A stretch of DNA of 63,945 bases, the filler included, from Olpidium bornovanus S191 (Eukaryota > Fungi > Olpidiomycota): assembly GCA_017911155.1 (NCBI GenBank). It is 26 parts of 26 records of this genome, joined end to end, with 100 filler letters (N's around TTAATTAATTAA, not from the genome) between each part and the next. Parts side by side here need not be neighbours in the genome. Positions count along the whole stretch, not along the records: positions 23,607 to 24,941 come from JAEFCI010002356.1; positions 25,042 to 27,746 come from JAEFCI010001899.1; positions 27,847 to 29,259 come from JAEFCI010013461.1; positions 29,360 to 38,223 come from JAEFCI010005197.1; 22 more parts are not named here. One strand, given 5' to 3'. Shown here piece by piece: positions 24,317-36,117 of this stretch. Position numbers and translations under genes: made by a program. Every line of letters starts with the position of its first letter. Position 1 is the stretch's first letter. The notes under the pieces are model-generated. The model was given only the letters and a program-made list of their open reading frames with translations. It was not told the DNA's origin and did not search any database.

Positions 24317-24941
24317 ATGCGGCTGTCGCTCTCCGCCGCCCTGCTCCTGGCGGCCGCGCCGTCGCTCTGCGCGGCCGCCGGCTCCGCCGCCTCCCCGCCG
24401 CAGCAGCAGCCGCCGCAGCAGCCGCCGCAGCAGCCGCAGCCGCGGCTGCGGCTGACCCCGCAGCCAGACGGCCGCCCGCCGGCGCTTGCTGCCCCGCTGC
24501 TCGCCGCCGAGACGCCCGCCGCCCTCCTCGACCTGCCCGCCGCCCCCGCGCCCCGCGCCGGCTTCAGGTCGACGTTAAAGGATAAGCTGGCGAAACGCGG
24601 ACTCCCGCTTCCCGAAGACGCCCCCGGGAAGGGCGCCACGATTCGCGCGCTTCAGCGGAGGGCCTTCCCGTACTTCCCGACGTCCGTCCCGCACGTCCCG
24701 AACCCCCTGCCTGCCGTGCGCTCCTTCGCGTCGCACGCCCTCGCCAGAAACAAAGCGGCTCTGAAGGCGACGGGCGCGTTTCTGTCTTCGTCCGGCCGCT
24801 GGCTCGTCAACACCCCGACCGTGGCGGCCGCCGTCGCCGCCGGGCTCCGCGTTGTCTTTGCGGACTTCGCCGACTACTTCACCGAATCCGCCCGGCTCAC
24901 CGCCCTCGAGGCCTCCAGGGCCGCGGAACCAGACGCCAACC
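24317..24941 (+). CDS. Secreted orphan protein, 5' part
   Basis: MRLSLSAALLLAAAPSLCAAA is a textbook signal peptide. It is followed by a Q/P linker and dibasic KR/RR sites. The frame runs off the contig. Confidence 0.75.
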
Positions 24942-25072
24942 NNNNNNNNNNNNNNNNNNNNNNNNNNNNNNNNNNNNNNNNNNNNTTAATTAATTAANNN
25001 NNNNNNNNNNNNNNNNNNNNNNNNNNNNNNNNNNNNNNNNNGGGCGCTTGTGGGGGGCGGGGGGGGGGGGGG

Positions 25073-25109
<37 letters not shown>

Positions 25110-25204
25110 CCCCTGCGGGCTCGCTGATCCGGGGCGGGTTTCAGCAGCCGCGAAAGGGTCTGGTTTCAACTAAAATGACGTAACTCCTTCCCGATTCTGT
25201 TGGA

Positions 25205-26032
25205 TGGAGGGGGAGGATACGTTTTTGGCGACGCCCGCCAGGACATCGGTTTCTTGTCGGGACTTGTCGACGCCGCGAATTTTCGCCTCGGCGTCGGGCG
25301 GGGCTTCCAGATACTTTCGCTGGAATACCCGTTTGCACCGGAAAACCCGTACCCCGCGGCCGTCAATCACGTCACCGCGGCGTACGCTTACATCATACAA
25401 ACTGTCCCCAGCGAGACCATTGTTCTAGGTGAGAGTCGTTTTTTTTGGGGGTTTTTTTGTTTGTTGTTGGCGTTGTTGTATTTTTGCTATGTCCCGGAGA
25501 CGCAACGACATGCACTGATACTCGTATCTCTTCCCCGCCAGGCGGCCATTCCGCAGGCGGCGGGCTCGCTCTTGCCGTGTGTCAATCGCTCCGCGCTCTC
25601 GACGTCCCGCGGCCTCGGGGCCTCGCGCTGTTCTCGCCCTTCGTGGAGCTCCGCGCGGCGGCGGCGTCGTACGCCGCCAACCACGGCCGCGACGTCCTCA
25701 CCGCCGGCTTCGCCAGAGAGTGCGCCCGCTGCTACGTCTGCGCGGAGGACGGCCCGGCGGACCCCGCGGCCTGCCCGCTGCGCGAGGCGAGATTCGCCGG
25801 CTACCCGCGCGACGCGTGCGTTTACTACGGCAGCCGCGAGGTGCTGCGGGACGACATCGCGGAGTGGGCGCGCAGAGCGCGCGAGGGCGGCGTCGCGGTC
25901 GAGGAGGTCCTCGCGCCCGGCGGCTGGCACGTCCCGCCGACGAGAGCAGACGGGAAAGGCGCGGCCCGCGTAGTCGACTTCCTGGCCAGGATTGCCGCGG
26001 GAAAGGCAAGGGCAAACTCAGCGGAACCCTAG
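25205..26032 (+). CDS. Alpha/beta hydrolase fold-3 (HSL-family esterase/lipase), 5' partial
   Basis: GGGYVFGD oxyanion region, LEYPFAPENPYPAAVNHV, nucleophile motif GHSAGG (after intron 25429-25541), G.REVLRDD and GGWH. Confidence 0.88.
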
Positions 26033-27870
26033 AGCTTGATCCGACTTTGGAATCGCCATCTTTGTCGGGCGGATTGCGTGCGTCACGCGTGCCCCTTCCC
26101 CGGAGTATTGGGGGAGAGTGTGCGGGGGGGGGGGGGGGTAAGACACGCAAATTACTGTCCAGATCTGTTCATTCGGAGGGCCGTCAAACGGGTGTGCCGC
26201 GACCGCGCCGGAACTGCGAGGTTTGGTCTCGCCTTCTCCAAAACCGGACCTTCGACTGCATGCTTCGTGTGACGCCGATTTCCCAAAACGGTCGCACGGC
26301 AAATCTTGTCACAATTCTCGCACAACGGTGCGGGGCGACGTCAGGTCCTCGCAACATTCAACCGCCGTTGGGGTCTTGTCAGGCCCTCCCTGGCATGATT
26401 CGCCTCCCTCGACTCCGTGACAAGGCCCGCTTTCTCTTCGGGAAGCTGCCGCAGTCAGACAGCTCGCGCCGGCGCCGCGTCTTTCCCGAGAGGTGATAAA
26501 CTTCTCGAACCGGACCCCAAGCGCATCGCTGCCTCCCCCCCCCCTTTTACGGGAGCAAGCTTGAGAGAACGACGGCCCCGCCCGTTCCGGCATTCATCAG
26601 CGGAACGCAGACCGCCGGGCGTTTGCCGTCAAACTCCGGATTCGTTTCGCCCTTTTTGGCCAACAATAAAAAAAAAACTTTGGGATAATTTTTTTCGCCC
26701 GCCGTTCGCGCGGGGCGGAATGAGACGGCGCAAGAGGGGAATATTTTCCCGTTGTGGTTGTCTCCGGTTCTCCTTTTGTTCACCTCGCACGGGGGTGCGC
26801 GCCGTTCTGGAACTCCAGTTTAACGAAAAACCCGTTGCCTGAAAATTCGTTTGGCCCACACCCCCCGCCCCCACCCCGCCCTTGTTGAATAAAGAGCCGG
26901 AAGGACAACCAGGAGAACCCGCAGGCGGAGCCGTAGTGAGCCCGTGAGGAGAAGAGCGAAGGAGAGCTGTATTCGGGGCGTTACGTTGCGATATCTCTTC
27001 TAGGCCTATTTTGTAGGGGCGGGCAGCTAAGGACTCTATAAAGGGGCTACCTGGGGCTGGTGCTCGCAGTGACGTCCGCGGGCTCAGGGACTTTTCTTTT
27101 CCCCCGTTATTTCTGACGGGGGAGGGGGTGGTAGATCCGACCCCGGGCTTGTTTGGAAATCCGGATTTTCGGATTCCCGGAACGGAGAGCTCCCCGCAAC
27201 CTTTTTTTTTTTGGTCTTTACTGGCGTCCCTCCGCGTGGGTCGGCGAGGCCCGCGTCTCTCGACGTTCTCCGCGTCAACACGACACGGCGCGCGCACGCC
27301 ACACAAGACCCCCTCCTACCCGCAAATGCTGATTCTGCATATTCTCCCCCCCCCCCCCCTCCCCCGGCCGCACCACCCCCTCTTCCCCCTGTTCTTGTTT
27401 TGCGTTTTAACATGCGAAATATGATGACTTTTGTCTCCAAGGGCGCGGCATGGTACAACGGGGAACGCAATCAAATTCGGGCCGGTGAAGCCATATTGCC
27501 AGAGAAACGCAAAATGCCGCTGGCGGTTCCCCCCTCTCGCAAACAACACGAACGCACACCGGCTGGCAGCCCCGCCGCCGCCGCCCCCTGCGTAACCCGC
27601 TTTACGCAATTTTTTTTTTTGGTCCGTCGCAAAATATACCGCGCGCGCCCCCGTCTTTTCGCCCATTTACTTGGCGGATTGGTTTCGCTCGCGAGGGGAG
27701 GGGGGGGGGGGGGGGGGTTTTTTTTTTTTTAAAAAAAAAATCCTGANNNNNNNNNNNNNNNNNNNNNNNNNNNNNNNNNNNNNNNNNNNNTTAATTAATT
27801 AANNNNNNNNNNNNNNNNNNNNNNNNNNNNNNNNNNNNNNNNNNNNAAGTGGCCCGGGAGGAAGCAAAAA

Positions 27871-29119
27871 TTACGGTTGCGGAGGCTGCGGGCGGGCCGG
27901 CAAAGGCCGTGGCGGAAGCAGTGTGGGAACAATGTGAACTACAGCGCCGGATTCGCCGCAGAACATGTCCCGGCCGCCGCCAACGACCTTCTGCAGCAGG
28001 GTAGTCTCTTCGTCAGATATCGCCGCCGCGTCGTTCCTGAGCGCGAGGGCTTCGCGGTCACGAACCGAATTACCGAAGGTCACGAACCGAAGGGAATACC
28101 TTTGGTCTCCAGGTCAACGTGAAAGTTCGGGCGTTCCGTGTCCAGGATGAGATCGTTCAATCTTCCGGCGAGGATTTCGTCGTTAATTGTCAGATTTATC
28201 TGCGACGTCGTGTCGCCAAGGTTATCCTTGAGCAGTTCTTCCATTCTGAGCAGAATGCGACCGCTCGGGCGCTTCAGCAGCGCGTCGTACAGGCGCCGGA
28301 GATTTTTCCCCGGGTCGTTCACATTCTGGGACACGACGACGCCCCGGCCCTCCGTGACTGTCCTGCAGGCGTGCGCGATGAGGTCCTTGCTCGCCGTCTT
28401 CAGGGAAATCTCGGAATAACGCGCACACGGCACCAGAAGCCGCGAGGCGTTGTTGTCGGGGTCGACAACGAAGCACGGAAGCTCCGAGTACCTCAGCACG
28501 ACGCGGTCCTCGACCGCCGCCGTAGCCGCAGCCGCCGCCGCCGCCGCCGCCGAGCCGCCGAGCCGCCGAGGGCCGCCGCTTCCCCGGCCGCCTCCGGCGG
28601 CGGCCGCGCGTAGTCCGCCAGGTCGAAACCCGGAGAGACCGGCGCGGCCGAGTCCTTGAGCACGGTAACCCACGCCCGCCGGAGTTCCGCGCGGAGGTGC
28701 AGCGGCAGGGGGCCGGCGAAGGCGGCCGTGGCCGCCGCGACCGCGGATTCCGCCGGGAGCGCCCGCCTCTTCTCCCTCGACTGCTCCAGTTCGGCGGCCA
28801 GCTGGCCGGCCTTGGGGAGCAGCTTCCGGGCGGAGTTGAACTCGAACCACTTGTCCTTTTCCATCTGCCCGCTGCAGTAGTGGGCGTACGTTGTCTGGAC
28901 GAACATCGCGCACAGGCAGTAGACGCAGTCCGCGCAGTCGGGCTTCGCGGCGATGCGGGCGTCTCCGACCGAGCTCCGCGGACAGGGGTGGCCCCGGACC
29001 TGCATGGCGGTGATCTGCTCCGGCAGCCGCCGCCGCCGCCGCCGCTGCTGCTGCTGCTTCGCCCTCCGATTTGCGGTCGAGAGCTTCAGGAGGCCCAGAC
29101 GCCGGGCGCTTCTCGACAC
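27871..29119 (-). pseudogene. Apparently intronless orphan coding region broken by two frameshifts (pseudogene or assembly error)
   Basis: Three consecutive coding-like frames (29119-28560, 28560-28080, 28083-27871). One shift is inside a GCG repeat, the other at a local 14-nt duplication. No family recognised. Confidence 0.5.
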
Positions 29120-29359
29120 GAGTTCGGACGCCGCAAATAGCCCAGCCGAGTGTCCGTTGAAAACGATCCGGACGAGAGTATTTGAAAGCAGGGGAAGGCG
29201 CGGGGACCTCTCGGATCGTCCGGAGATCGCCGTGCGCGCGTTCGCAGCTTTCCAGTCGANNNNNNNNNNNNNNNNNNNNNNNNNNNNNNNNNNNNNNNNN
29301 NNNTTAATTAATTAANNNNNNNNNNNNNNNNNNNNNNNNNNNNNNNNNNNNNNNNNNNN

Positions 29360-30474
29360 CATGGAGGGTTTTAGCTGTGTCTCGTTCAAGAGTCCAAGAA
29401 GAGGACCCAGCACGCCGTGACTCAACACGACGTCGCGACATTTGGGGCTGTCCCCGGCAATGTTGCCCAGAGCCCAGACAGCCTGCGCGCGGTACGCGAA
29501 AGGGTGTTACCCCGACCACCTGGGCTGCTCAGTATCCGATGCAGCGCCGGGAACGAGACGCGTGCTGCCTGTAGACCCCAAACAGGATGGGTTCAACGGT
29601 CTTGCGCACCTGCTCACGAACGTCCGCAACGGCGCTCCCAAGGAGCTCTACGAAAACCGGGACGGCGCCTTCCTTGATGACCGCCTGAGTTTGGTCAGAG
29701 GTACCTGAGGCGATGTTGGTGATGGCCCAGGCGGCCTCGAACTGGATGAGGGCGTGCGGGGAGCGGAGGAGCTCGACAAGACGCGGAAGGACGCCCGCGG
29801 CCAGGACCTCCTGGATGGGTGGGTTGCGCTCCTTGGATAGAAACTTGCGAAACTTCTTTGCGGCAGCAAGCTGGCAACCGACGTCCTCGGAGTACACCGA
29901 CTGTATCATTTCGGGAAGGCATTCTTCGAGCTGTGTGAACCGGGGGTATACGGCGAAACGGCGCCGGGGAAAAGGAGGTGAGAAACGTTGGGCGTCAGCC
30001 AGCAGCCGCGAGGAAGACGCGTGTGATCACTTGGCAACCGTACTCCATAAGGGCGCAAAAGGCGATCGAAAGCCAGAAAATTGTCAGAGACGCGTTCTTC
30101 AACACCGCGTTGCCCCCTCCCCCTCCCCCCCTCCCAACATCGTGTGTCGGTGCGGGACTTGGGCTGTTACTCCCCTCTCGGCCTCGCAAGGCGCGCGTTA
30201 TATCCTTGGTTTCGCCGTGCTAGCACGACAAAGTTTGTCTGACGCCTTTCTCCTACCGTACCGGTGCATCCGCGACGCCCGAACCGGCAGAGTCGTCCGC
30301 CCCGACGGCGGAGGCCACGTTAAGGTTGCGTCTCTTCGCGAGGCTCTCCTCCCTCTTCTGTCTCCTGATCTCGACGGTCTGCTCCTCCCTTCTCCTGCGC
30401 AGCTCGTCCTGGCGGAAGGCCCCTTTCGCCTTGTACGACTCCCTCCTTTCCGCCGCGGCGTCGACGACGGTCAT
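29360..30474 (-). CDS. SRP1: Importin alpha, 5' part
   Basis: IBB domain ([28 protein letters not shown]) and ARM repeats ([20 protein letters not shown]|[12 protein letters not shown]). Exons 30474-30262, 29930-29610, 29482-29360. Confidence 0.96.
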
Positions 30475-30531
30475 CGTTATTTTTTTTTTCCGCTTTTCCC
30501 GGGCTCTCCTTCCCGCGCAGGACTGGGGTGT

Positions 30532-30563
<32 letters not shown>

Positions 30564-32038
30564 GAAAAAAAAAAGAAAATTGTACGGCGCGGAGAAAGAC
30601 CCGTCTTGGCTAGTCGGACGGAGAGCCGCCGGCGCGCGGCCGGTCGGCAATACCCGCAGCAGCCGGCCCTCGCATTTCCGAACTTCAGGCTGCAGACAAG
30701 AAGAGTGTGAGCGGTTCGGGAATGACCCCAAAAACCTGCAAAACCGCAGCGAAGTCTATCTAATGGCTTTGTTCGGGAGCTGCGCCGGTCGAGACCGCGG
30801 AACTCCCAGGTCCAATGACTCCCGCCTGCGAGGGTGCGGCCACTACTCCATCATTGGCCGGCGGCAAGCATGGAGGGGTGACAGGCCTATTACGCTTTAC
30901 GCCAGGGCGCGCGTGCTGCAGACACGGATGGTTGGGGAGTAACGACGGTGTTTGCCCTCTGACCAATTTAACACCGACAAAGCAGTTATTCATTCCGCAA
31001 GTGATTGGGGATTCGAGTGTAGTTCTCGGCAAGGGCTAATCAAATATGGCATTCCGAAGTGATCGAAGCATGGCGGTTGAGGGGACAATGAGAGCTTGGC
31101 CCCCTGACCAATCATACGCTGAAAAAAAAGTCATCAAAATATCCGCTTGGTCAATAAGTTCGAAAATATATAATCGAACAAAATAGTCTCCGGCAGGTGG
31201 CTATAAATCCGTTACACCGGTTTGCCAAGATTCATTAGTCGGGACCAGAACTTGAGCTCAGTATTGCGCTGTGAGCCCATTGCGGTCAGTTTTACAGCAG
31301 GCTCGCGGAATCCTTTGACAACAACCTTTTTTTTTTGCCAAGTGAGTGGTCAACGGCGACCATGCCACGATCTTCTGACAGATCAAAGCTCGCCCGAGGG
31401 GAAGTGAAGCGTGCCACAACCCTGGCTCGACGGGACGGGACAGCAAGGTATGGGAGTTTGAGGGGAATTCCCGGGGAAGGGCCCGCTTGCCGGTGGCCGA
31501 AAAATTGGCTCTCGGCAGCAGGGCAAGAAATAATTCCGCCGTGCCTCCCTTGCCACTTGGCCACGACGTTGGCCAAGCATCGAACGAACGTGCTGTACGG
31601 GACCGAGGGATGCGGGAAGGGGTGAACTAAGGAGGAACGGAGGTACACCGCGTGCGCACGTGCACGGGGACGCGGCCGGCGCGCACGTGCGCAAACGCGC
31701 GGAGCGCGGGGGCCGGACCACGGGCAGCCTCGCCCGGGCCAATCGGCGATTTTCCTTTTCCGCGCCCTCCCTTTCCCTCCTCCTCCTCCGCCTCCCCGTC
31801 GCCCCACTTGCGCGCGCTGGCCTTTTCGCCCGGACCGCGCAGATCGCAGAAAACCGACGGAAAGATAGAGAGACCGAGAGAGGCGTGCGAATCGATCCAC
31901 TTTGTTCTCCGCCGTCGAGGTCGAACTTTTCGTCATCACCGAAATAGAGGGCCGTTCTCGCCCTGCTCCATCTTCAATACCCTAAGTTTTATATTCCTCT
32001 CGTTTAATCTAAGCTAGTAGTTACGGAAGAAAAAAAAA

Positions 32039-34460
32039 ATGCCCGCCTGCTTGCCCCCCGCTCCGCCAAAGGGGGCGGCCGTTCCGCCGTGGCCGACCGC
32101 CGTTGCCGCCGCCGCCGCCCCGTCTGAACGGGTGGCGGCCAAACGCAACATCATCGTGAAGGGTGTTCTGCGCCTCATCTCGCCCGGCGGCGTGGTGGGC
32201 ACCGCTCCCGCCGGCTCCGGCGCCGCCGCCGCCGAGTGCCCGGTCGCCGGGTTGGCGAAGGCCGGTCGGAAGAAGCGCAGCAGCAGCGTCTCCGCGATCC
32301 TAGGCCGACACGAGGCCGGTCTGCGGAACGGCGCCGACACCGACTGGCGGCCGTGCGACGCCGCGGTCCCTCCCGCCAGGAAGCCGCTTGCGCATCAAGG
32401 AGGCCGACATCAACAACAACACCTACCACAGCAACAGCAGCAACAACAGCAACAACAGCAACAGCAGCAGCCACAACAACCACCCCCGCAGCACCACCAC
32501 CAGCAGCTGCTGCTGCAGTGCAGCCCACGCGACGCTGCGTTGAGGAGGTCGCTGTCGACGGCTTCGCTCTACACCTTCTCCCACACTCACCAATCCCCCG
32601 CGTCGGCGTCGCCCTCGCCGTTCTCGTCGTCAGTCGCCGTCCGGGACGACGTCGACCTCGGCTCGTTGCTGTCGCCGCGCCTGTTTGGAAGCCCGTTGGC
32701 GTCGGTGGCCGAAGAGGACGTCCCTGTGGCCTCGAGCCCCGGCGACTCGCCCTCTTCGCCGAGCCACTGCCGCCGCCCTTCCGCGCCACAGTTGCCCGGC
32801 CTGTCGGGCCTGGGCGCCACGTTCCACGACCTGGGCGGGCGGCTCGGGCGGCGCCGTTCGTCGGTGATCGCCGGCCGGGAAGAGGACGGCGCCCCGCACC
32901 TGCTGGCACATCTCTGCCAGCCGACACCACCCGTGCCCGCAAGCCTCCTCCTCCTCCCCGGCAGCCCGGGCAACCCCGCCGGTTGCTACGAAGAGGGCCC
33001 GAGCGGCCGCCGCGCTCCGCTGGGCGCCGCGCCGCAGGACGGCTCCCCGTCCCAGGCGAGGAAGCGACTGCCGCTCCGGTTGCGGCTGGACCCTTCGAAG
33101 CGGCCGCCGCCGCTGTCGTGCCTTGCGCTGGACTTAGGGCGCGCCGCTTCTTCGCACAAGAAGTCCTCCTCGCCGTTGATGTTCAGGCGGTTGTCGGCGA
33201 TCTTCAACCCAATGTCTCTGTCCGGGGCTGCGCCCGGCTCCTTTACCGCTTCGTCCACCACGGTCCGCCAGTCGCCGGCGGCGCAGCAAGCGTCTGGCGC
33301 TGCGCCGTTCTGCATACGGAACCTGGAGCTTCTCGGACCGAAGGATGCCGGACAGTACCTCTCGTCGAAGTACGAACACATACAGCAGAACGAACGTTCG
33401 AGAAATCCTCCTTCGCCGGGCGGCGCGAAGTCGACGGGAAACCCTTTTGCCACCGCCATCGCGTCCCAGAACGAGGAAGGCAACCGCTACAACGACGTTT
33501 TGCCGTACGAACGCAGCAGAGTCAAACTTGGTACGCGGCGGTTGCCGTTATTTCGCAGCTCTCGTTCTCAAAGCGTGCGTGTGACCGGGTAAGCTGACGC
33601 GGGGATGCACGCCGACTTTTTTGTCAGATTCCGGCAGGTCCTACATAAACGCGTCACATCTCATCGCCCCGGACCCGCGGATACGGTACATCACGACCCA
33701 GGGACCGCTTCCGAGCACACAGGGCGCTTTTTGGCAAATGATCTATGAGCAGGGCTCGCGGGTGATCGTGATGACTACTAAAGAAGAGGAGAACGGCCGG
33801 GTGAAGTGTCACGGGTACTGGCCTAAGAGCGCCGAGTCGCCGGTCGAGTTGCCGGAGCAAGGAATCGTCGTGTCGCTGGTCTCCGAGAGCACGTGCTCAG
33901 AGTCGGCCTGCATCGTACGCACGTTGACGCTGTCCTTCCCGTCGTCGGCGCGCGCTCCTCGTCAAGTGACCCATATTCAATTTACCGGATGGCCGGACCA
34001 CGGCGTTCCCGCCAGCCCTGCAAGCCTGCTGCGGGTCGTCCGGCTCGCGAATTCTGTGCTGGAAGGCTACGTCCGCCACCATCTGGACTCGGCGACGGCC
34101 GTCTCCGACATCTATCCGGGCCCCATGGTCGTCCACTGCTCCGCGGGCGTCGGCCGCAGCGGCACCTTCTGCGTGGTCGACGCAGCCCTCGGCATGCTCG
34201 GCATACGGGGCTTTGGCGTTCCGCCGCGCCCGCTCACCGAAGCGGAAGCTGCCGAGATCTCGGTCCCGCCGAGGCTGCCCGGCTTTTCCCCTGACGACCC
34301 GCGGTATGACCACGTCTACGAGATCGTCGAGCACTTTAGACTCCAGCGGCCGCTGACGGTTCAGACTCCGGGCCAGTTCATTTACTGCTACGCTGCCGTG
34401 AAGCAGGCATGGACGAGCAGCGGTTGTCCGCCGACTGTTCCGATCCGCGAAAGGGTTTAA
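32039..34460 (+). CDS. Classical non-receptor protein tyrosine phosphatase, 774 aa
   Basis: Exons 32039-33530 and 33628-34460. NRYNDVLPY, YINAS, TQGPL, WPD loop, HCSAGVGRSG and Q-loop VQTPGQF. Long low-complexity polyQ N-terminus. Confidence 0.95.
32410..32505 (+). repeat. CAA/CAG polyglutamine tract in the phosphatase N-terminus
   Basis: Mixed CAA/CAG codons giving [23 protein letters not shown]. Confidence 0.9.
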
Positions 34461-34668
34461 AAACCTTCTCGGGCCGGTTGCGGGTTTTTTTTCCTCGCCC
34501 ACACCTCCCTAAGTAGACCTCTATTTAATAGAACAAAAAAAATCTCGGCCTCGTTGGGGCGGATAGTTGGGGTGGGCGGAAAATGGTGGGGGGGAGGGGG
34601 AGGGGGTGGGAAGGCGGATGGAATCCTTTTTTTTTTTTAGTTTGTTCTACAGCTGGACGTACACTTAC

Positions 34669-34954
34669 ATGCGTTCGGCGCGCGGCCTCGCATTTATCGG
34701 CCGCTTTTTGCGGGATCCTCGCGAGCGGCGAGCGTTCGCGGGGTTGCGTAACGGAAGGTGCTTGCTGTTCTCGCGTGCGGCGTTATCTACACACCGAGCG
34801 ACGTCCTCGAGGAAGGAGTAGTCTGGGCGGCCGAAAGGACATTCATACCCTGCCTTTCAACGTTCTTTGAAACGACCACCGCCCTCCGCTCGCTCACACC
34901 CAACGGACAACACCCCCGGGGCGAGCCCTCGCAGGCTCAAAAGGGAAAACGGCC

Positions 34955-34987
<33 letters not shown>

Positions 34988-35283
34988 GGGTTTGTTGCCC
35001 TACCGCTCATCAGGTCGCTGTACCGGAAGTCCTTCAGCCGCACGAAGTGCGTCTTGGACCGCTCCCCCGAACAGCCCGCGTCCTCTTTGTGCTTCTTCAC
35101 GCAGCCGACGGAACACGAGCGGCGGTCGCAGCCGGGGCACCGGTATACCGACGCCGCCTTGTTGCACACCTCGCAGGGCTGCGGCGGCGGCGGCGGCGGG
35201 AAGACGGGCCGACGGTCGGCGGCGGCGGCGGCCGGCTGGCCCGCGCGCTCGTCGCGGCCGCTGGTCGGAACTTTGGAAGCCAT
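34669..35283 (-). CDS. BCD1: Box C/D snoRNP assembly factor Bcd1 (HIT zinc finger), apparently truncated
   Basis: CEVC...YRCPGCDRRSCSVGCVKKHK...CSGER, then LMS|DYSFLEDVAR. Exons 35283-35004 and 34822-34669. The C-terminal half was not found. Confidence 0.85.
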
Positions 35284-36117
35284 GCGCTCGTCCGACGGTC
35301 CAGGCGGCGAGAAGTTTTGTGGCGGCTTTGATAAACGACGGCGAGAAAGGAAGGGGAAAAGGGGGGGGGGCCGGGAGAATCACTCATCTCATCCTACAAA
35401 AAAAAAAAGAAAAAATTGCAGAAACGCCACGGCAACCCCAGCGCCCCCCTTCAACCTCACTCATAAGACGACCCCCGGATCGCCCCTCCGTTCCTACCAA
35501 TCTGTTCTCCAGGCACCCATGCGCTTATTTGCTTGTACTGGCGGTGGGGCGGTGTCCACCAGTGGCATTAGGGGTCTGCCTACCCTGCCCCGGGAGAGGC
35601 GGGGTTGGCGGTGGTTTGGGGGGTGGCCGATGTCCGGACCTGCAGGGTGCGGTTAGGCTCTGCCATGAAGCCCGCCGTGCATCGTTTATTTTTCTTGCTG
35701 CCAACCGGCATCCTGTTTTCGGCGCTGCCATTACCGCTATTATGAACGACGCAACCCCCACCAGCCGGGAGATAAGACATGGGCATGTCGTGAGAGAACC
35801 CGAACGAAAGTTAAAAACCATGAGTTTCAAAAAACGGCAGTCGACTTCTGTGACGGCGCGTTACACCGGCCCCACAAACGCCAGAACGAGCTTTCTTCTT
35901 CCCCATGGGAGTCATCCGTGAACAGAGCTCCGAGTAGGGAGGACAGTGGAGCGGGCGTCAGTGCCCCCCGCTGCAGTCACCCTTCCCCGCCACCGGGAAA
36001 AATTGCCGTCCACCTCCTTGATGTGATGTGCGTCCGTAAGCATGACACACAGCCCATTTTCGGGATGCGTGAGGGTAAGAAGAGCGAAGATCTTCGCCTG
36101 TAGACAAAAAGCAAACT

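Noticed and set aside
26307-26422. TGTCAC...GTGACA, 116 bp, as a gypsy solo LTR
   Set aside because: No target-site duplication (AATCT versus AGGCC) and no second copy in the window. A 6-8 bp inverted match can arise by chance.
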